Shown piece after piece: positions 1 through 13,665 of a stretch of 64,000 nucleotides of DNA (its first letter is position 1; each line of letters starts with the position of its first letter). Where the stretch lies: contig MU053482.1 in NCBI GenBank assembly GCA_013239625.1, positions 4,177,922-4,241,921 on the forward strand, written 5' to 3'. The stretch is from Lama guanicoe (Eukaryota). The notes under the pieces are model-generated. The model was not told the origin of the DNA, did no database searches, and saw only the letters and a program-made list of their open reading frames with translations. The position numbers and the translations under genes were made by a program.

Positions 1-140
1 GCTTGGGTGATAGCTTCAACCTGCTACAGAGATTCCAACATGCCTTGCAGCTTGGTCAGTGAAGAGCTGAAAAGAGTCAGTATCGTGGGTTTTTAGAAAT
101 GCAGTTCTTAAAAGTATCAAAACATATGCATCCTGGCCCT

Positions 141-610
141 TGTGGCACATGCTGTAGATGCTCCACCTGTTTCCCTGGAGACCATCCTTTCAAAGTGCCC
201 CCCCCCAACTAAGTGACAGAACATTTACCTCAAGGATCTATTCAAAGCCACAGAAGGCTGCTCTGTCCCAGCACATGGAAGACTGAAGTGCTAGAAATTA
301 ACACTCCTTGAAAGCAGCCCTGAACCAATGACTAAGGTGAGCTAGCATATCAATACCCCAGCTCCCTCACTTCTCAGGGTCGATCATTCTGGAGGCATGT
401 GTTTTACACCACTTCCCAGAGTTTCCCGGTAGGTTTAAGCTCCAACTGTCTGCACTGGCACTTGACCTGATAATATACTCTTATTAGCTGCTTCCCGTCC
501 TTGTCTTAACTCCCCTCCCTACTGGTATATCTTGAACTTCCTAAATAAACTACTTCCTACTGAATCCTTGTCTCAGGGTCTGATCCTGGGGGAACAGTGT
601 CTCCAAGACA
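141..610 (+). mobile_element. ERVL solo LTR, LTR16-like
   Basis: TG...CA termini (tgtggcacatgctgtagatgctcc ... ctccaagaca), internal gcagccct-aaccaatgact motif, AATAAA at 544-549 followed by ctact..aatccttgtctcagggtctg, typical of the LTR16 3' end. Confidence 0.75.
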
Positions 611-1309
611 AAGCTGGAGATGTCAGGGTCAGAACCGCCTCCCATGGCTTAGGCCTTTTGTAGGTTGCCATTACATCCCTGAGCCCACTGGTCAGGTCCC
701 TTTGGGACCTCTTTCCACACCAACCCCTCCTGCACTGAGCAGCACCAGAGAAGGAAGTGGCAGCCTGGTCAAACATCCTTCCAGAATTGCAGATGCCCCA
801 TTAGGATTCAGAGGCATTCTCTACTTTCTCTAGAGGCCATTGATCCTGGGAGGTGACTTTAATCAGGGATTTGATCACCTACAGACAGTTCCTTGTTCAC
901 ACTCATTCTTCCTGGGCTCCCCCAGGCCCCTTAACAACATTAGACTGCAGTTTTAGGTTTATATAATTTGGTGCTTAATGCACCTTACTATTAGCCCAGA
1001 ACAATGGAAGTAACTTCTGAAATGTCAGCTTCATACCAGAGCCACCTCTTCCCAGAATGCCCCGCTCTGGGTGTGTGGCTGCATCCAGGGCTCAGCACAG
1101 GAGCCGGGCGTCTAGGAAGGAAGACTCCTCCAGAGTTTCAGGCCCTGGGTCTTTGAAGCCTTGCTGTGTAGATGGGAGTATCTGACCACTCTTCAAGGGA
1201 GTGATCACGGAGCCAGCTCTGCCACCAGGCCAGGTCAGCTGGTCCTGACCTCCTCCTTGAGCCTGGATATTGGCCCTGCTCAGCAGTGCCTCTCTGCCAA
1301 ACGACTACT

Positions 1310-2853
1310 TAAGATCTTCCCTTGAATGTCTCAGGGGCATCTCACATTCAGCATATCCAGACCGTAACTCTTGATCTTTCTCCCTAAACCTGTTCTTCCC
1401 CCACCCCTCCCACCTCAGTCAATGACGCCATCGTTCACCCCATCACTCCAGCCAGAAATCTGAAATTTATCTTCAGGTCTCTCCTCTCCTTCACTCCCTA
1501 CAACCAATCACCAGCAAATCCAAGTATAACTCAAATGCATCCCCTTCTCTCTCTCTCCAGGCACCGTAGTCCAAAGTGCCATTATTTCTGGTCTGAAGGA
1601 TTGCAATAGCTTCCCAAATGATTTCCCTGCTTCTGTTCACATCTGTAACCAAACTATTCACTACAGACTGGCCAGAGAGATCATCCAAATATGTCGGTCA
1701 GATCATACCTCTCCCCCATTTAAAATTCACCACTGTTGCCCATTGCACTGAAGGTAACATTCTCCAAGGTCCTATATGACCAGACCCCTGCCTAATTCTT
1801 CACTACCATCTTAAGCCATTCTCCCCCTTCCTTACCACCTGCCACCCACATTTGTCTCCTGGTGACTCTGAGAACAAGTCAGGCTCTCTCCTACCTCCAG
1901 GTCTTCGTATGTGCTGTTTCCTCTGCCCGGAACACTCTTCCGTGGCTCTTTAGGTTGGTTTACCCCTCATCCTTCAGTGCTCAGCTCAGAGGGGGCCGTC
2001 TCTAATCATCTAACCTGAAGCCCGTCCCCCCTCCCATATTTGATTTACTCCATGTCCTCCAGTTCACATATTCTGTGGCATTTATCACACTGGTAATCAT
2101 TTGATTTGTTTTGTGTCTATCTCCCACTGCAGACAGTGAGCTCTGGGAGGGCAGAGACCATGCCAGGCTCATCCTCCCAGTGGCCAGCACAGAGGGGTGG
2201 CTGGCATACTGTAGGTGGTTCTATTCATATTCTGCTGCTGTCTAACGCAATACCACAAACTTAAGAGCCTCAAACTGCACAAATTTATTATCTCACAGTG
2301 GCTGTAGGTCATAAGTCCACGTATGGTGTGGCTGGAGTCTATGCTCAGGGTTTCACTGGTTTGAAATCAAGGTGTCAGCCAGCACAGGAGTGGCTCTCAT
2401 CTGGGCCTCAGGGCCCCCTCCTCCAGCCTTCCTGGTTGTTGGCAGAATTCATTTCCTTGCAGCTGTAGGACTGAAGCACCTGTCCTCCTACTGGCTGCCA
2501 GCTGGGGCCACTCTCAGCAGTAAGAAGCCACCTCAGTTCCCTTCCCTGTGGCCCTCACAGGCAGCTCACAGCAAGGATGTTTGCTTTCTTTCAGGCCTCC
2601 AGAGGGCCTCTCTGTGACTTCCCTTGCTGCACCCAGCCAGAGGAAACTCTGCTTTTAAAGGATCATTAGGTCCTTAGTTCAGGCCCACCCTTACTGATTG
2701 GGGACCTTAATTACATCAGCAAAATTCCTTCACAGCAGTGCCCAGATGAGTGTTTGAATGAACAACCAGAAGAAGTGAGTGCACATCAGGGGCCAGGAGT
2801 CTTTCGGCTGCATCTTGGAACTCTGTCTACACAGTGATCAATAATATTTGCTG
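1310..2853 (+). mobile_element. L2 LINE 3' portion, interrupted by an MLT1 LTR
   Basis: L2-type pyrimidine-rich motifs (ggcatctcacattcagcatatcc, ccaatcaccagcaaatcc, gagctctgggagggcagagacc). The L2 terminus is split as ctggcatactgtaggtg | gtgatcaataatatttgctgaa around the LTR. Confidence 0.75.
2220..2833 (-). mobile_element. MaLR solo LTR (MLT1E/F-like)
   Basis: Motifs aataccacaaacttaagagcctcaaa..atttattatctcacag, aaatcaaggtgtcagcc and a catcttggaactctgtctacaca end; approximate 5-bp TSD gtggt/gtgat. Confidence 0.8.
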
Positions 2854-4140
2854 AAAAAAAAAATCTCCTTTTGGTCACAGTTTGTATAAGCAGTTCATTC
2901 AAGCCCATGTGAGTCTGTCTCCAGGTACAAGGCAGACAGTTAAAAAAAAAAAAAAAGCCTAGTGGGCAACATGGGAAAAGAGAAGAGGGACACATTGAAC
3001 TTGGAGCTGAGAAACGTGGGCTCAAGCCTCAGTTCTGCCACCATTTGCAGTGAGAACTTTGGTGATTTACTACTTTCTCTGGCCCTCAATTCCTTCATCT
3101 CTAAAATGGGCATAAAATACCTATGTTGTATAATGGAGAAGTCATCCATCCATCCCATCTACCTCTCTCTCTCCTTCCCTCCCTCCCTGCCCCATGGATG
3201 CACCTGGCATAAAGGAGAAGCCCAATCACTGGGGAGTAGGAGGATGGGGTTGGCTGCTCCTGCCATGCAGAATTCAGGAATGCAGTGAGCAGCTGCCTCG
3301 CGCACAGCTGGACGGATGTGGAGCACGTAGGTACAGAGAACAGCAGCTGGGCACCTAAGACCACGGGACCTCACTCCACAAAGATTAAACAGCAACCTTG
3401 AATGTTCTTTTCAGAGAAAATACAATCACTTGAGGCAATGCCTCAGCCTCATGCCTGAGCAGCCCTGGTCAGGAACACTCAGCAAACAATCTTGTTTTCT
3501 TTGATTCTCTACATTAGTTCTCACGTTTAAGCCAAATGAAATTTGACAACACAGACAAGCTTGCAGACACACTCGGTCCACGGGACTTAGCCAGCAACCT
3601 CTTTCAACATGGGGAAAATATTCCTTTCTTCACTGTCTAAGCACCTGAAGGCAGACGTGGAAGGCAGTGCTGCCACTGGGAGGGTTGGCATTAAATCCGC
3701 CCTGCGTTGCTGGAATTTTCTGTCACCTCCGTGAGCGTCAGTTGGTGACAAGTTAATTCCTTCCCACTGTCTGGGTGGAGAACTCTCTCTGAATCTCCTG
3801 ATCTCATCGGCAGGATCTTCGGTAAATCCCCTTAGAGACCTAGGGCAGACACTGCCAAGTCGGGAAGCCTGCCTTCACCGTTAACCCTGCCGGATTCTTA
3901 ATTTCCATTTGGCTTGGAACCCATGGAAATGCTGAGCCCTGATCAAATTTCTAATTCATTTCTGTCACCCATCAAATTCACTGGGTGCAGAAGCGTTTAA
4001 AGATTTGGTTTGGAAAGTTCCAATTCACACGTCTTTCCCCAGATGAGAGAAACATGAGACCTAGAATTTTTTTCCTGGGTGTCATTCTGCTCTGAAATGC
4101 TGTGGTTATTCGCTCCCAGATGGCAACCACCACAGCATCG

Positions 4141-4189
4141 ACCACAGGACCACAGAACCACAGGACCACAGGCCCACAGGCCCACAGGC
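4141..4189. repeat. 8-bp tandem repeat, (ACCACAGG)-like, about 6 copies
   Basis: accacagg accacaga accacagg accacagg cccacagg cccacagg. Confidence 0.9.
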
Positions 4190-5959
4190 ACACTCTGAGA
4201 CCATCCCTTAGGGCTGCAGGTCGCAGGCAGTGCGAGAAGTGGAGATGACATAGTGGAAGAAAATTAGGCAAGCCGGCTGGTTAGCCATGGCACATCCAAA
4301 TCATAGCCACCCTCACCTCGAGTGGGCCCTGAGCTCCTGCCTCTCTCCCCTGGGCTCTCCCCCAGCCTTCTGCCCCTGCAAGAGTCCTGCTGAGTTGAGC
4401 CTGACCAGACTGACACACTCTCCAAGCGACTACCACACTATCTCCTCTGCAGCCTGGTCAGCTTTCTGGGTGCTGGTCACTCCCCTCTCCCACTGCTGGC
4501 CTGGCCCGGGGTGCCTGATGCAAGGTGCTTCCAAGGTCTCAAGATGCAGGGATGTCACCAGGAATGGCATCCGAGTCCACAACCTAGGAGCAAAATCCAC
4601 ACCTTGCTTTTCTGAAAGGATCCATCAGTTCAGAAGGGGCCTCCCAGAATCACTGAATCTAAATCATGAGACTGGTGCATTGTGAATTTCTCACATTGTG
4701 CACACAGTGGAGGGAAGCTGCACGGAGGAGTGGCTAATTCAGTCTGTCTGGACTGGCCTCTTTGTGAGATGTAGGAACAAGCAAGCACAAGAGGGAGAGA
4801 GGGTGAGACAGAGAAGTTTTCCCCAAGGATATCTGAGACGAACAGCATCTCCAGAGAAGCTTCCAGTTCTCAATCTGGAAGCCAATATGATAGAAGCTGG
4901 AAGCCAATATGATTGATAGAAGCTGCAGACAGGCAGACCAGATACAGCATCTAAGATGTTACATTTTTTAAAAATACTAACTGAAAACTACTGTACTTTA
5001 AGAAAACGTTTCCCAGATATCTGGAAAGACTATATAGCCCAAATAAGTTTTTAAGTGTTTCACCTTGTGACTGTCTCAGCACATTTGAGAGGAATTGATA
5101 AAGACCACATCCTTCTATGCTCCCGCCCCTACTCTGTATGTTTTGTGGATAAACACACAAAAACAGCATGTGTGCTTCCTCTGCCCTGTCTCCAAAATGT
5201 ACTTGCTAGAGACAGTGAGAAACGGTCTTTTGGCCTCAAGAAGCTAATGGCAGAGAAATATGCAGTTCCAGTAAAATGCGGTCAAGCAATAATAGGGGAT
5301 ATTTACAAGCAAATTAGAGGAAGGAGTGCCTGGGGAATTGAGGGATGCCATCCAGAGGGGAAAGTACAGTATTTGAGCTGAGTTGACGGCATTTTCAGAA
5401 GAAAGGACATCCTAGGCAGAAGGAATAGCATTTGCAAAGGCACAAAGGAATATGGGATAGTCAGGACTTCCATGCCACTCGGCAGTATCACAAACAGAGA
5501 GGAAGAAGGGAAACAGGCTAAATGAACCAAGATCAGATCACATACTTGAAGGTGATAACTGGGTTTGTAGAAGTCATCCTATAGACCGGAGAGGTAGGAA
5601 GGACAGAAAAGGTGGCCGTGGGCAGAATAAAGAATCATTCAAAGGGCATCACTTTTGGTATGTTACAGTATCTTCGCCCCAGGGAGTAGGTACAACAGCA
5701 CTCACAAGACCGGGTCTGGTCTGCCAAGTGGCTTGTTCAGCCCACCAAACATAAAAGTGCGATTTCCGACTTGAAAAAGGTCAACAGGCATTGCAGGCTA
5801 GCAACAGGCTGGAGCCAGCATCAGCTGCCCCTCCGGGCTGCACTTGGGCTCATTCTCTTGTTCACCACAGTCCCCACCAGTCCTCATTGCCTCACCTCCA
5901 CCATTCACATTATCTATCTAACCCTGGTAGATAACTGAGTTCAGGACCCCTGAACACAG

Positions 5960-6170
5960 TAATAAGGCGAGGTGCCCAGGCTCTACAGCCAGGTCCAACT
6001 TGCTGTGCTGGCTCTGCCATTCCTAGTGGTGTAACCTGCAGCTTCTCCAAGACTCAGTGTTCTCATCTGTGAAATCAGCATGATAATAATAATGCCTACC
6101 TCACAGGGTTGTTCTTAGGGTTAAACAAAGTAACACATCAAAGATGCTTAGAAACAAATGGTAGCTCTTG
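5960..6170 (+). mobile_element. MIR SINE (one example of roughly 20 MIR fragments in the window)
   Basis: MIR core ctcagtgttctcatctgtgaaatcagcatgataataataatgcctacctcacagggttgtt. Similar cores occur near 3050, 6500, 7070, 11240, 14130, 19780, 26000, 27270, 34250, 35310, 36730, 41510, 43080, 44990, 46940, 51820 and 53850. Confidence 0.8.
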
Positions 6171-9100
6171 TTAGTATTCACTTAGCCTAAGAATCTACCA
6201 GCCTGGGGGCAGGGTGTATATACATGCACGGGGAAGACATTTATTCTGATGCGAGAAATTCTAAATAGCTCCGGGCTCAGCATCCTGCTGTCCAAGGAAG
6301 GGGGTTGCTGCCTTCGCCCTGGCTTTGCAAACTCTCTATCCTCATCTCTCTGTCTCTGTTTTCTTTCAATCACCAGATTCACTGATGAATCATCAGAGTC
6401 CTGGCTGGGGCACAAGGTACTGGATGAGGCCTGGTGGGGAAGAGAGAAGAAGGAATCAAAGAAGAAGCCTCTATTCAGGACAAAGTTACTGCTGGGTCTC
6501 AGTTTCCTCATCTATAAGATGGGGAGAAATATTGGAAAAATTAAAGAAGATAGTGTGTAGAAGTGCCCAGTACAGTGCCCGGGACACAACAGGTACCCAA
6601 TACATGATCATGCTGATGCCTTCTTTAAAGTCTAATTAGACACAAAAACAGAGGTAGGTTCTGTCTTTTCTCCACCCTCATACGCATATTTGAATCCCAT
6701 TCAATCCCCAAGGTTCGGCTGAAAGGCCAACTCTTCCAGGAAGCCCTCCTAGCATGACTGAGACCTCTCCCTGGGCTCCCCTAGCACTCTTGACCCCTTC
6801 ACTTGTGGCTGGTGGCACTTATTTTAAATTCTGTGTACTGGCTATTTATGGTTTATTCGCTGCACTAGGCTGCGAGCTCTTTGGGAATAGAAGCTATTTC
6901 TCATCTGTCCTTGGACTACTGGTGCTGAGTGTGGGGCCTGACACCTGAGAACACACTCTGTGAATGTTTGTTGAATGAATGAATGAATACAGTTAGCAAA
7001 GCCCTGGAACAGGGTTGCTCTCAGGCTCCACCATTAATCAGGTGTGTGATGCTGGGAAACTCAACCTCCCTGGATCTCAATTTTCCCTCCAGTAAAATGA
7101 GAAGCTTGGACTAGATTTGAGGGCTGCCTGCTTCAAGTCCAATGACGCATGAGGGATGCTCATCTAAGTGGAGGAGGGACTCAAAAAGTGAACCAGATCA
7201 CCCACTCCCATCATAGGTCAGGTGCTCAGGGGAGAATCACCTAAGCCACGGGAGGCCGCTGGAAGTCACAGTACAGGGACCAGGGAGAAACAAACCAAAG
7301 AAGTCACAAATCTTGGTACCCAGGCCATGTCCTCCTTGGTTAGTCTAAAATCAAGTCCCTCCCCAACTCCAGCAGTACAGAAGCGGTCAAGGGACAACCA
7401 TGGGCTGTCTAGTAAAACCAGCCTTCCACTAGTGGATGCTCAACACAGCCTTCTTGTTCACTGATCTGACATCCCTCTGGTTTCTTTCTGTTCAGGAGCC
7501 TCTCTCCCTAAAATTCTACTTACATCTTGAGCTCCTGAGTTTCAAGCTTTTAAAAACAACTAGAAATGAGGCATCTCATTTCTGCGTCTGCGCCAACGGA
7601 GGGCTGTAGAGTCTGTCTACTGTCTGCCGTCATCCCTGGACTAAAGTTCGCCTGAGGCAGGAACCAATCTGGTTCACCATTGCCTCCCCCATGCTGTGTG
7701 GAGCTTGGGACCTGGTAATTGGTTTGTTGAATGAATGCATGTAAATGGCTTTAGGAGTGGAAGAGGCATGAGTCCTTGTGGGCCTGAGCAGAGAGGCAAG
7801 GCAGTACCAAAAAAAAAAAAGGAGTTGTACCCCAATTTAGGGCCCCTGAGAGTGGATTAGTGCCTTAGTAATTAGAAGAAAACAAAACCAAACCCTGCCC
7901 ACCCCCCCCACCACAGTAAGCCCACACCTGCTACTGGACCCCTAGCCCCAGTCATTTGAACTGGCTTCCCCCACTTCAACATTATCTCCAGCACAACTTC
8001 CCACCCTGACATCCAATCAGGGGGTGCTGGTCCCCCATGAACTCTGAAGGCTAATTTGCAGGAGGGATCTGGGTGGCACTGGGGTGCCTCAGGTGCCAAC
8101 TCTTGTCCACATGCACTTCCTTTTGCTGAGCACGCAGGCCCTGGGGCTGCTGGAGGACACCTGGGTCACTGGAAGGTTTGGGGCAACCTTTCAGGAAATC
8201 AGTCCCACCAGAAGGCATGCCAGACTCCGACGATTTGACAGCAGTAGGAAGTATTCGATGTGCTGGATTTCGAGCACTTTTCAATATTTGGGAAGCAGAG
8301 GGAGGATCTTAGCTTACCAGCCGGGCCTGGCGTCAGCTTGACTGCCACCGTCAGCACGAGTCTGTCTTTTCAAGCTGCTGAGCGAGACAGGCTAAGGGCC
8401 AAGAGTGGACAAGGAGACCTCTCCTGCCGGCTGCCCCGCAGGGTGGGCCAGCGTCCATGACCTTTGCCACGGGCAACTTGGCTGCCAGCTGCTGGCAGCA
8501 GTGCCTCTGACCTGAGGGCAGGAGACGCCTCTCCTGGCTCCCCCTACACTCTGCTCAATGCTTTAGTTCTGGGAGGTTCCCTGCCGACAGATGGTCACAC
8601 AGATGACCACAGGAAAAGGGCCTTTTGGTGTCTGGTTCCTGCTGGTTTTGTTAACCAAATACTGGTCACCTTGGCTACTCTGTGAAGCACAGTGGTCCAA
8701 AGCTCCCTTGCTGCAGACTGTTAAGCCGGGGCTAGTGAGCTGTGGAGAAGACCAGCCCTTTGTCCTCCAGGAGATCCTTTGTGTTGGCAGAGAAGTATGT
8801 TGGGGAGTTCTTGATTCTCTAAGTCAGGTTCCTTTATGGGTGAAGTAACTCAAAAGGGTGATGAATTACCCACACTATTGCCAGATTCAGGCAGGCTCGG
8901 CTGTGTGGTGTGCTGGGAGTGGCTGGAGAGGATGCAGAGGAGGCTGGCACTGCACAGGCTGGAGCTGGAGAGACTGAGCTCTAGGGCAGGACTACAAAGA
9001 GGCAGTCAACCCAGGGACAAGGCACATTCAGGTATCACTTACTAAGGATGCTCATTTTAGGGAAAGGGCCTAAGGGTGGGAGGTCCCAGTCCCCAGCATG

Positions 9101-12100
9101 CAGGAAGGCAGATGGATCAGACTAGCAGGACCCCAGCCTGGTGGCATAGGGAGCAGGGTCCAGCCTCTCCAAGAAGAGGATTAGCCAAGGCTAGAAGTGG
9201 AGCCAGGGACCAGCTTAGGGGGTGAGGGGACTGTCAGAGCAAGGCTTCATCCCATCAGGGAACTGTGGATTGGGGGAGGACAGAGCAAAAGTGTAGGACC
9301 AGCTCAGAGAAGGTAGTGAAAGCTAGGGTTGGGAGGGCAGCAGGTGCAGGAAACACGTCCCAGGCTCCAGCAATTCTGTTAAGGCCAGGCCACCCACTGG
9401 CAAAGAAGAGACGGCTGCTCTTCCCTGCAGAGGTCAGAACTGGCTGAGCTACTAACACATGGTGTCCAGCTGTGTGTTATAAAAAGGCACCCCTCTGGGA
9501 CCTCAGACCAGAAAAAGGTACTTCTGAGACAGACTCATACCAGGATGCATGACTTGGGAAATGGGGAACACGGGCTGGATTTAACTCCCCACGGATTTAA
9601 CTCCCCACTTGCCTCTCATCTGGGTGCCCTGGGGAATGCCTGCAGAACCATGTAGGGTTCGTTCAGCAACTGACACAATTGAATCTGTCCGAGACGTTTA
9701 TCTGATTCCCTTCCAGCCCTATCACCACTGGCTGAAGCAGCCTCTGTCCTAAGGTCAGGGCGTGAGTTGGCAGGGAGGGGCGGGTGTTCACTGCCCTGAG
9801 CAGCCAGGAGCTCAAGTCAAACAAGCCACATCCTCAGGAGAGCACTGCTGGACAACACTGGAGGACACTAACCTGTGGCCGCCGCCAAGAGTAACCCTCA
9901 GGCTGAATGATGAATTTGACAGGGCGAGGCGGCCCCAGGCAGTAAGGAGCAAAGGTGAGAGCATCCAGGACTCCTGCAGAAACCAGCCGGCTGCCTCCAT
10001 CTCTAGGTTGCTGGGGACACACCCCCAGGCATGTGGATGGGCCCCTCTCATCACACTGGTCAGAGGCACAGGGGTGGGCGGTGACAAGAAGCCTCCTGAG
10101 CGGCGACAGCCCACGTGCCTGGCTGTATAAATACCTTTAAGCTGCCTGAGCTTTGGCTGTAATTAGATTAGCTATATGGGATTCTTTCAGCTCCATAAAG
10201 CACAATACTGTCAGACCATTCTTTTCCTCTGTCTTTTAAAATTTTTGCAATTATTCCAGCGGCATGCAAAGCTGTTGGTATTTTTACAGCCTAGAATGAG
10301 TATCTCTTGTGTAGGACAGCATCTTTCAAACATTAAACAATGATTAGGCAGGCTCTGGGCCAAGGGATGATGGGGGCTTTGCAGAAAGCGGAGGGGGACC
10401 CAGCAGCTGGTGGCAAGCGAGCGGGGAGCTCGGATTCGACTGCGTCACTACACTGTGATTTTCTTACTGACAATTAAAAATAACAGTGAGTCACAGTTGT
10501 GCGATTCCTAGTCACTCAGCAGGATGGGGAAGGTGCTCCAGGTAGTGGTGGGAGACCACAGTCTCCCACAGTCAGTGGGGACTTGCACACCATGACTCAC
10601 ACAAGCACACGGCAGCCCAGTGGTATGGACTGAATGTGTGTGCCCCCAAATTCATCCGTCCAGGTCCTAATCCTTGAAGTGCTGATTAATTTATATAAAG
10701 GACTTAGAATAGTCTCTGACACACATTAAGAGCTCACGGAGCTGGGCTGCCTGATGAGGACTCTGACCTGGGAGCACTGGGAGTCTCTCTGGTTGGAGGC
10801 CCAGGTCCGGAGAAGCAGGGGTCACACTACAGCCCTGGGCAGAGGCAGCCTGCTGGGCGGCGGTCTTACCAGGCGCCTGGGGGACCCCTCCTGGCCACGC
10901 CCACCTGCTGCCTTGCACTGAAGTGGACCCAGGACTTGTACCCAAGGGAGGTACTGGGGAGGCTGAGCTATGTTGGACACAAGCCTGCCATTTCAGTGTG
11001 GTGGGTGGTGGGCACCCTGGCTCTGATCTGCACCCCTAGGTAGCTGTAGGTGGGCTGGCTGTCAGAGGAGAACTAGACAGGAAGGAACCTATGTCTACAC
11101 ATCCCCTAGGCTCCCAGCAGCATGGTGAGTAGAAAAGACACGGGTTCCAGGGCTGGGGACCCAGGTTTGAATCCCTGTCCTACACTCCTTGGCTCTGAGA
11201 TCTTGGGTCCTGTTTATTTTTTTTTAAACGTCTCTGAGACTTAGCCTCCTCATCCATGAAATGGAGATGGTAATCACATCTACTTCCTTGTTCTCTTGTC
11301 AACAAAATGTATTGAGTGACCGCTACATGCTGGACACTGGGCTAGTTGGCGGGGCAGAGATGACCAGCACCATGTCCCTCTCATGCTGGTCACCTTGGCT
11401 AGTCTATAGTAAATTGCTCACTGTGATTTAGTGATTAAATAACCAGTTACCCCGTGTGAGAGGAAGGAAGCCAGGACATGTGTATGCACTACGTGGTCCA
11501 ACCAGCAGGGGAAGAGTGCAGAGTGACAAGACTTTCTGGGAACAGTGGCCCCTGAGTGGACCTGACGCTTAGAGCTGGACAAAGGGGCTGGAGGTATGAG
11601 ATGACAGTCTTTCTCAGAAGATAGCTAAGCAGGGCAAATGTCCCAGAGCCACCACCAAGCCTGTGGTGCCTGACCAAAGGCTAGCATGTCCACATACATT
11701 CCAGACTGCAGGAAAATTGGCCACGGGACCAAGCAGGGACACAGCATAGGTGGGAGCCAGGAGACCTGAGGTCCCACGTTGGCTCTGCCACTCACATACG
11801 GTGGGGCCCTCACAATTCTCTTAGGTCTTCGGTCCCTCCCGAGAGCCAGCTGGGGTTTGATTAGCAGTCCGTCTGCCTCTCTGACACTGTGGCAGGGAGG
11901 GTAGGGACAGCTCCCTTTGGCCTGTCTCTCCAGGCCTGCCTAGTTCTAAGCCTCCTCTTGCCAGCAGACATGGAAGGCTTTGAGCAAATGTGGCCAATGA
12001 GAAGGCTGGGTCCATGAGCAAACGACACCCATTACCCAGGAGAGGGACAGTTCAATCCCAGCTTCAAGCGTGTGGAGTGCTGGGAACTGGCTATTCTCTC

Positions 12101-13269
12101 GTTGGAAGGAAACAGAAGAGGACAAGCATCAGTTTGGCACAGGCTGGACAAGTCCCTGCCAATCAAGAGCAGATCGAAATCTCCGGGGAACGGGATTCTT
12201 AAAAGAGTATCTGAGATCGCCGTTGCTTTGATGTGCTTTTAGTCACTAAATTCGGGTTCATTTTGAAATTTCAAGTAGCACAAAAGAAGAGTTAATCCAA
12301 AGAGACCATAAATTAAGAAAGGAAACAGAGAGGCTGCGTACAGCAAAGGCCAGTTTTTCGGGAATTGAAGGTGGCTAGATTGCGGGATGGGGTGACCCTG
12401 GGACTGCTGGTGAGAGAACCTGAAAGGGCTCAGGCTCACTGAGCAGGTGCGGAATCCCTGAGTCCCGTGAGTGTGTTCACAGTGTGAGTGGAGTGGGTGG
12501 AGAGGGGGGTGGTTAGCTGTGAGCTACAGTACTTGGCACTAAGTGCAGGGCCATTAAAGGCCTGTTGAGGGATTGAATGCAGGAATGAAGTGAATGAAGA
12601 AGCAAACGAATCCCAAGAATCAAAGACAGAGATGACTCTGTCAGCCGCAAATCCTGGTGCTTCCCTCCCTCTGAGGGTCTATAAAGGTTGAATCACTTGG
12701 CCCCAGCTAAAGACACTAGCCCACAGGGATTCACCAAAAGGCATGGTCATTAAAGCCAGCAGGCTCCCAGCCATGTTTCCACCATTGCATTGAGATAACA
12801 AGGAAGAGGAGCCAGGGAGGGGAGACACTGCCTCAGAGCGATAGGGCAGGTGTTGTCAGGAATGCCTGCAGAGGCTGGGTCCCACGAAAGGGAGGAGGCT
12901 CAGGCTGGCCATCCCACGCCGCGCATAGATCCTGAGTTCAGGCCAGGTTGGGTAACAGCAAGAGAAGCTCCCTTTCTGCTCTGCATTCTACCCACCATTC
13001 ATGCCATTTCCCGGGGGATGCAGAGAGAGGTCCCAAGGGCCCCACCCGAGGAGGAAACCCTCCTCCCAGCAGTGCCTGCTGCCTGAGGCTAGCCCTGGGG
13101 GTGGCAGGGGGTTAAGTGTCTGCTGTCCTGGGGTTCTTAGCTGCAGCACACTGGACAATGGGACAACACTGAGAACAGTGATTCCCAGAGAACATCTCGC
13201 TGCATCAGAATGCTCTGGAAGCTGATTAAAATGCAGATTCCAAGCTGTGTCCCAGACCTACAGAATCAA

Positions 13270-13665
13270 CATGCGTTCTTTCATTGAATCAGTATTTTTT
13301 GAACACCTACAAGTACCAGGCACTATTCTAGGTGCTAGAGATACAGCAATGAACAAAACAAATGTCCCTGTCTTCATGGAACTTACACTCTGCAGAAAAG
13401 AAAATGTACCAATAAATAGCGGAGAGGGACCAAGTGAGCACAGTGTGTTAGAAGGCGGCGGGTACTACAGAGGAGAAGAAGCATGGAAAGGATGAGCAGT
13501 GACGGGGTAAAGGCTGCCGTCTTAACAGGGTGCCATTTTCAACATTTGAACAGAGGCCTAATGAGGCAAAGGAGCAAGTGATCCAGCTATCGAAGGGTGA
13601 GAGTATTCCAAAAGGTGGGAGAAGCAAGTGCAAATGTCCTGAGGCAGAATGTGCCTGGCATGACT
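13270..13665 (-). mobile_element. L2 LINE 3' fragment
   Basis: ttttgaacacctacaagtaccaggcactattctaggtgctagagatacagcaatgaacaaaaca...gcaagtgcaaatgtcctgaggcag is the reverse complement of the L2 3' end. Confidence 0.8.
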
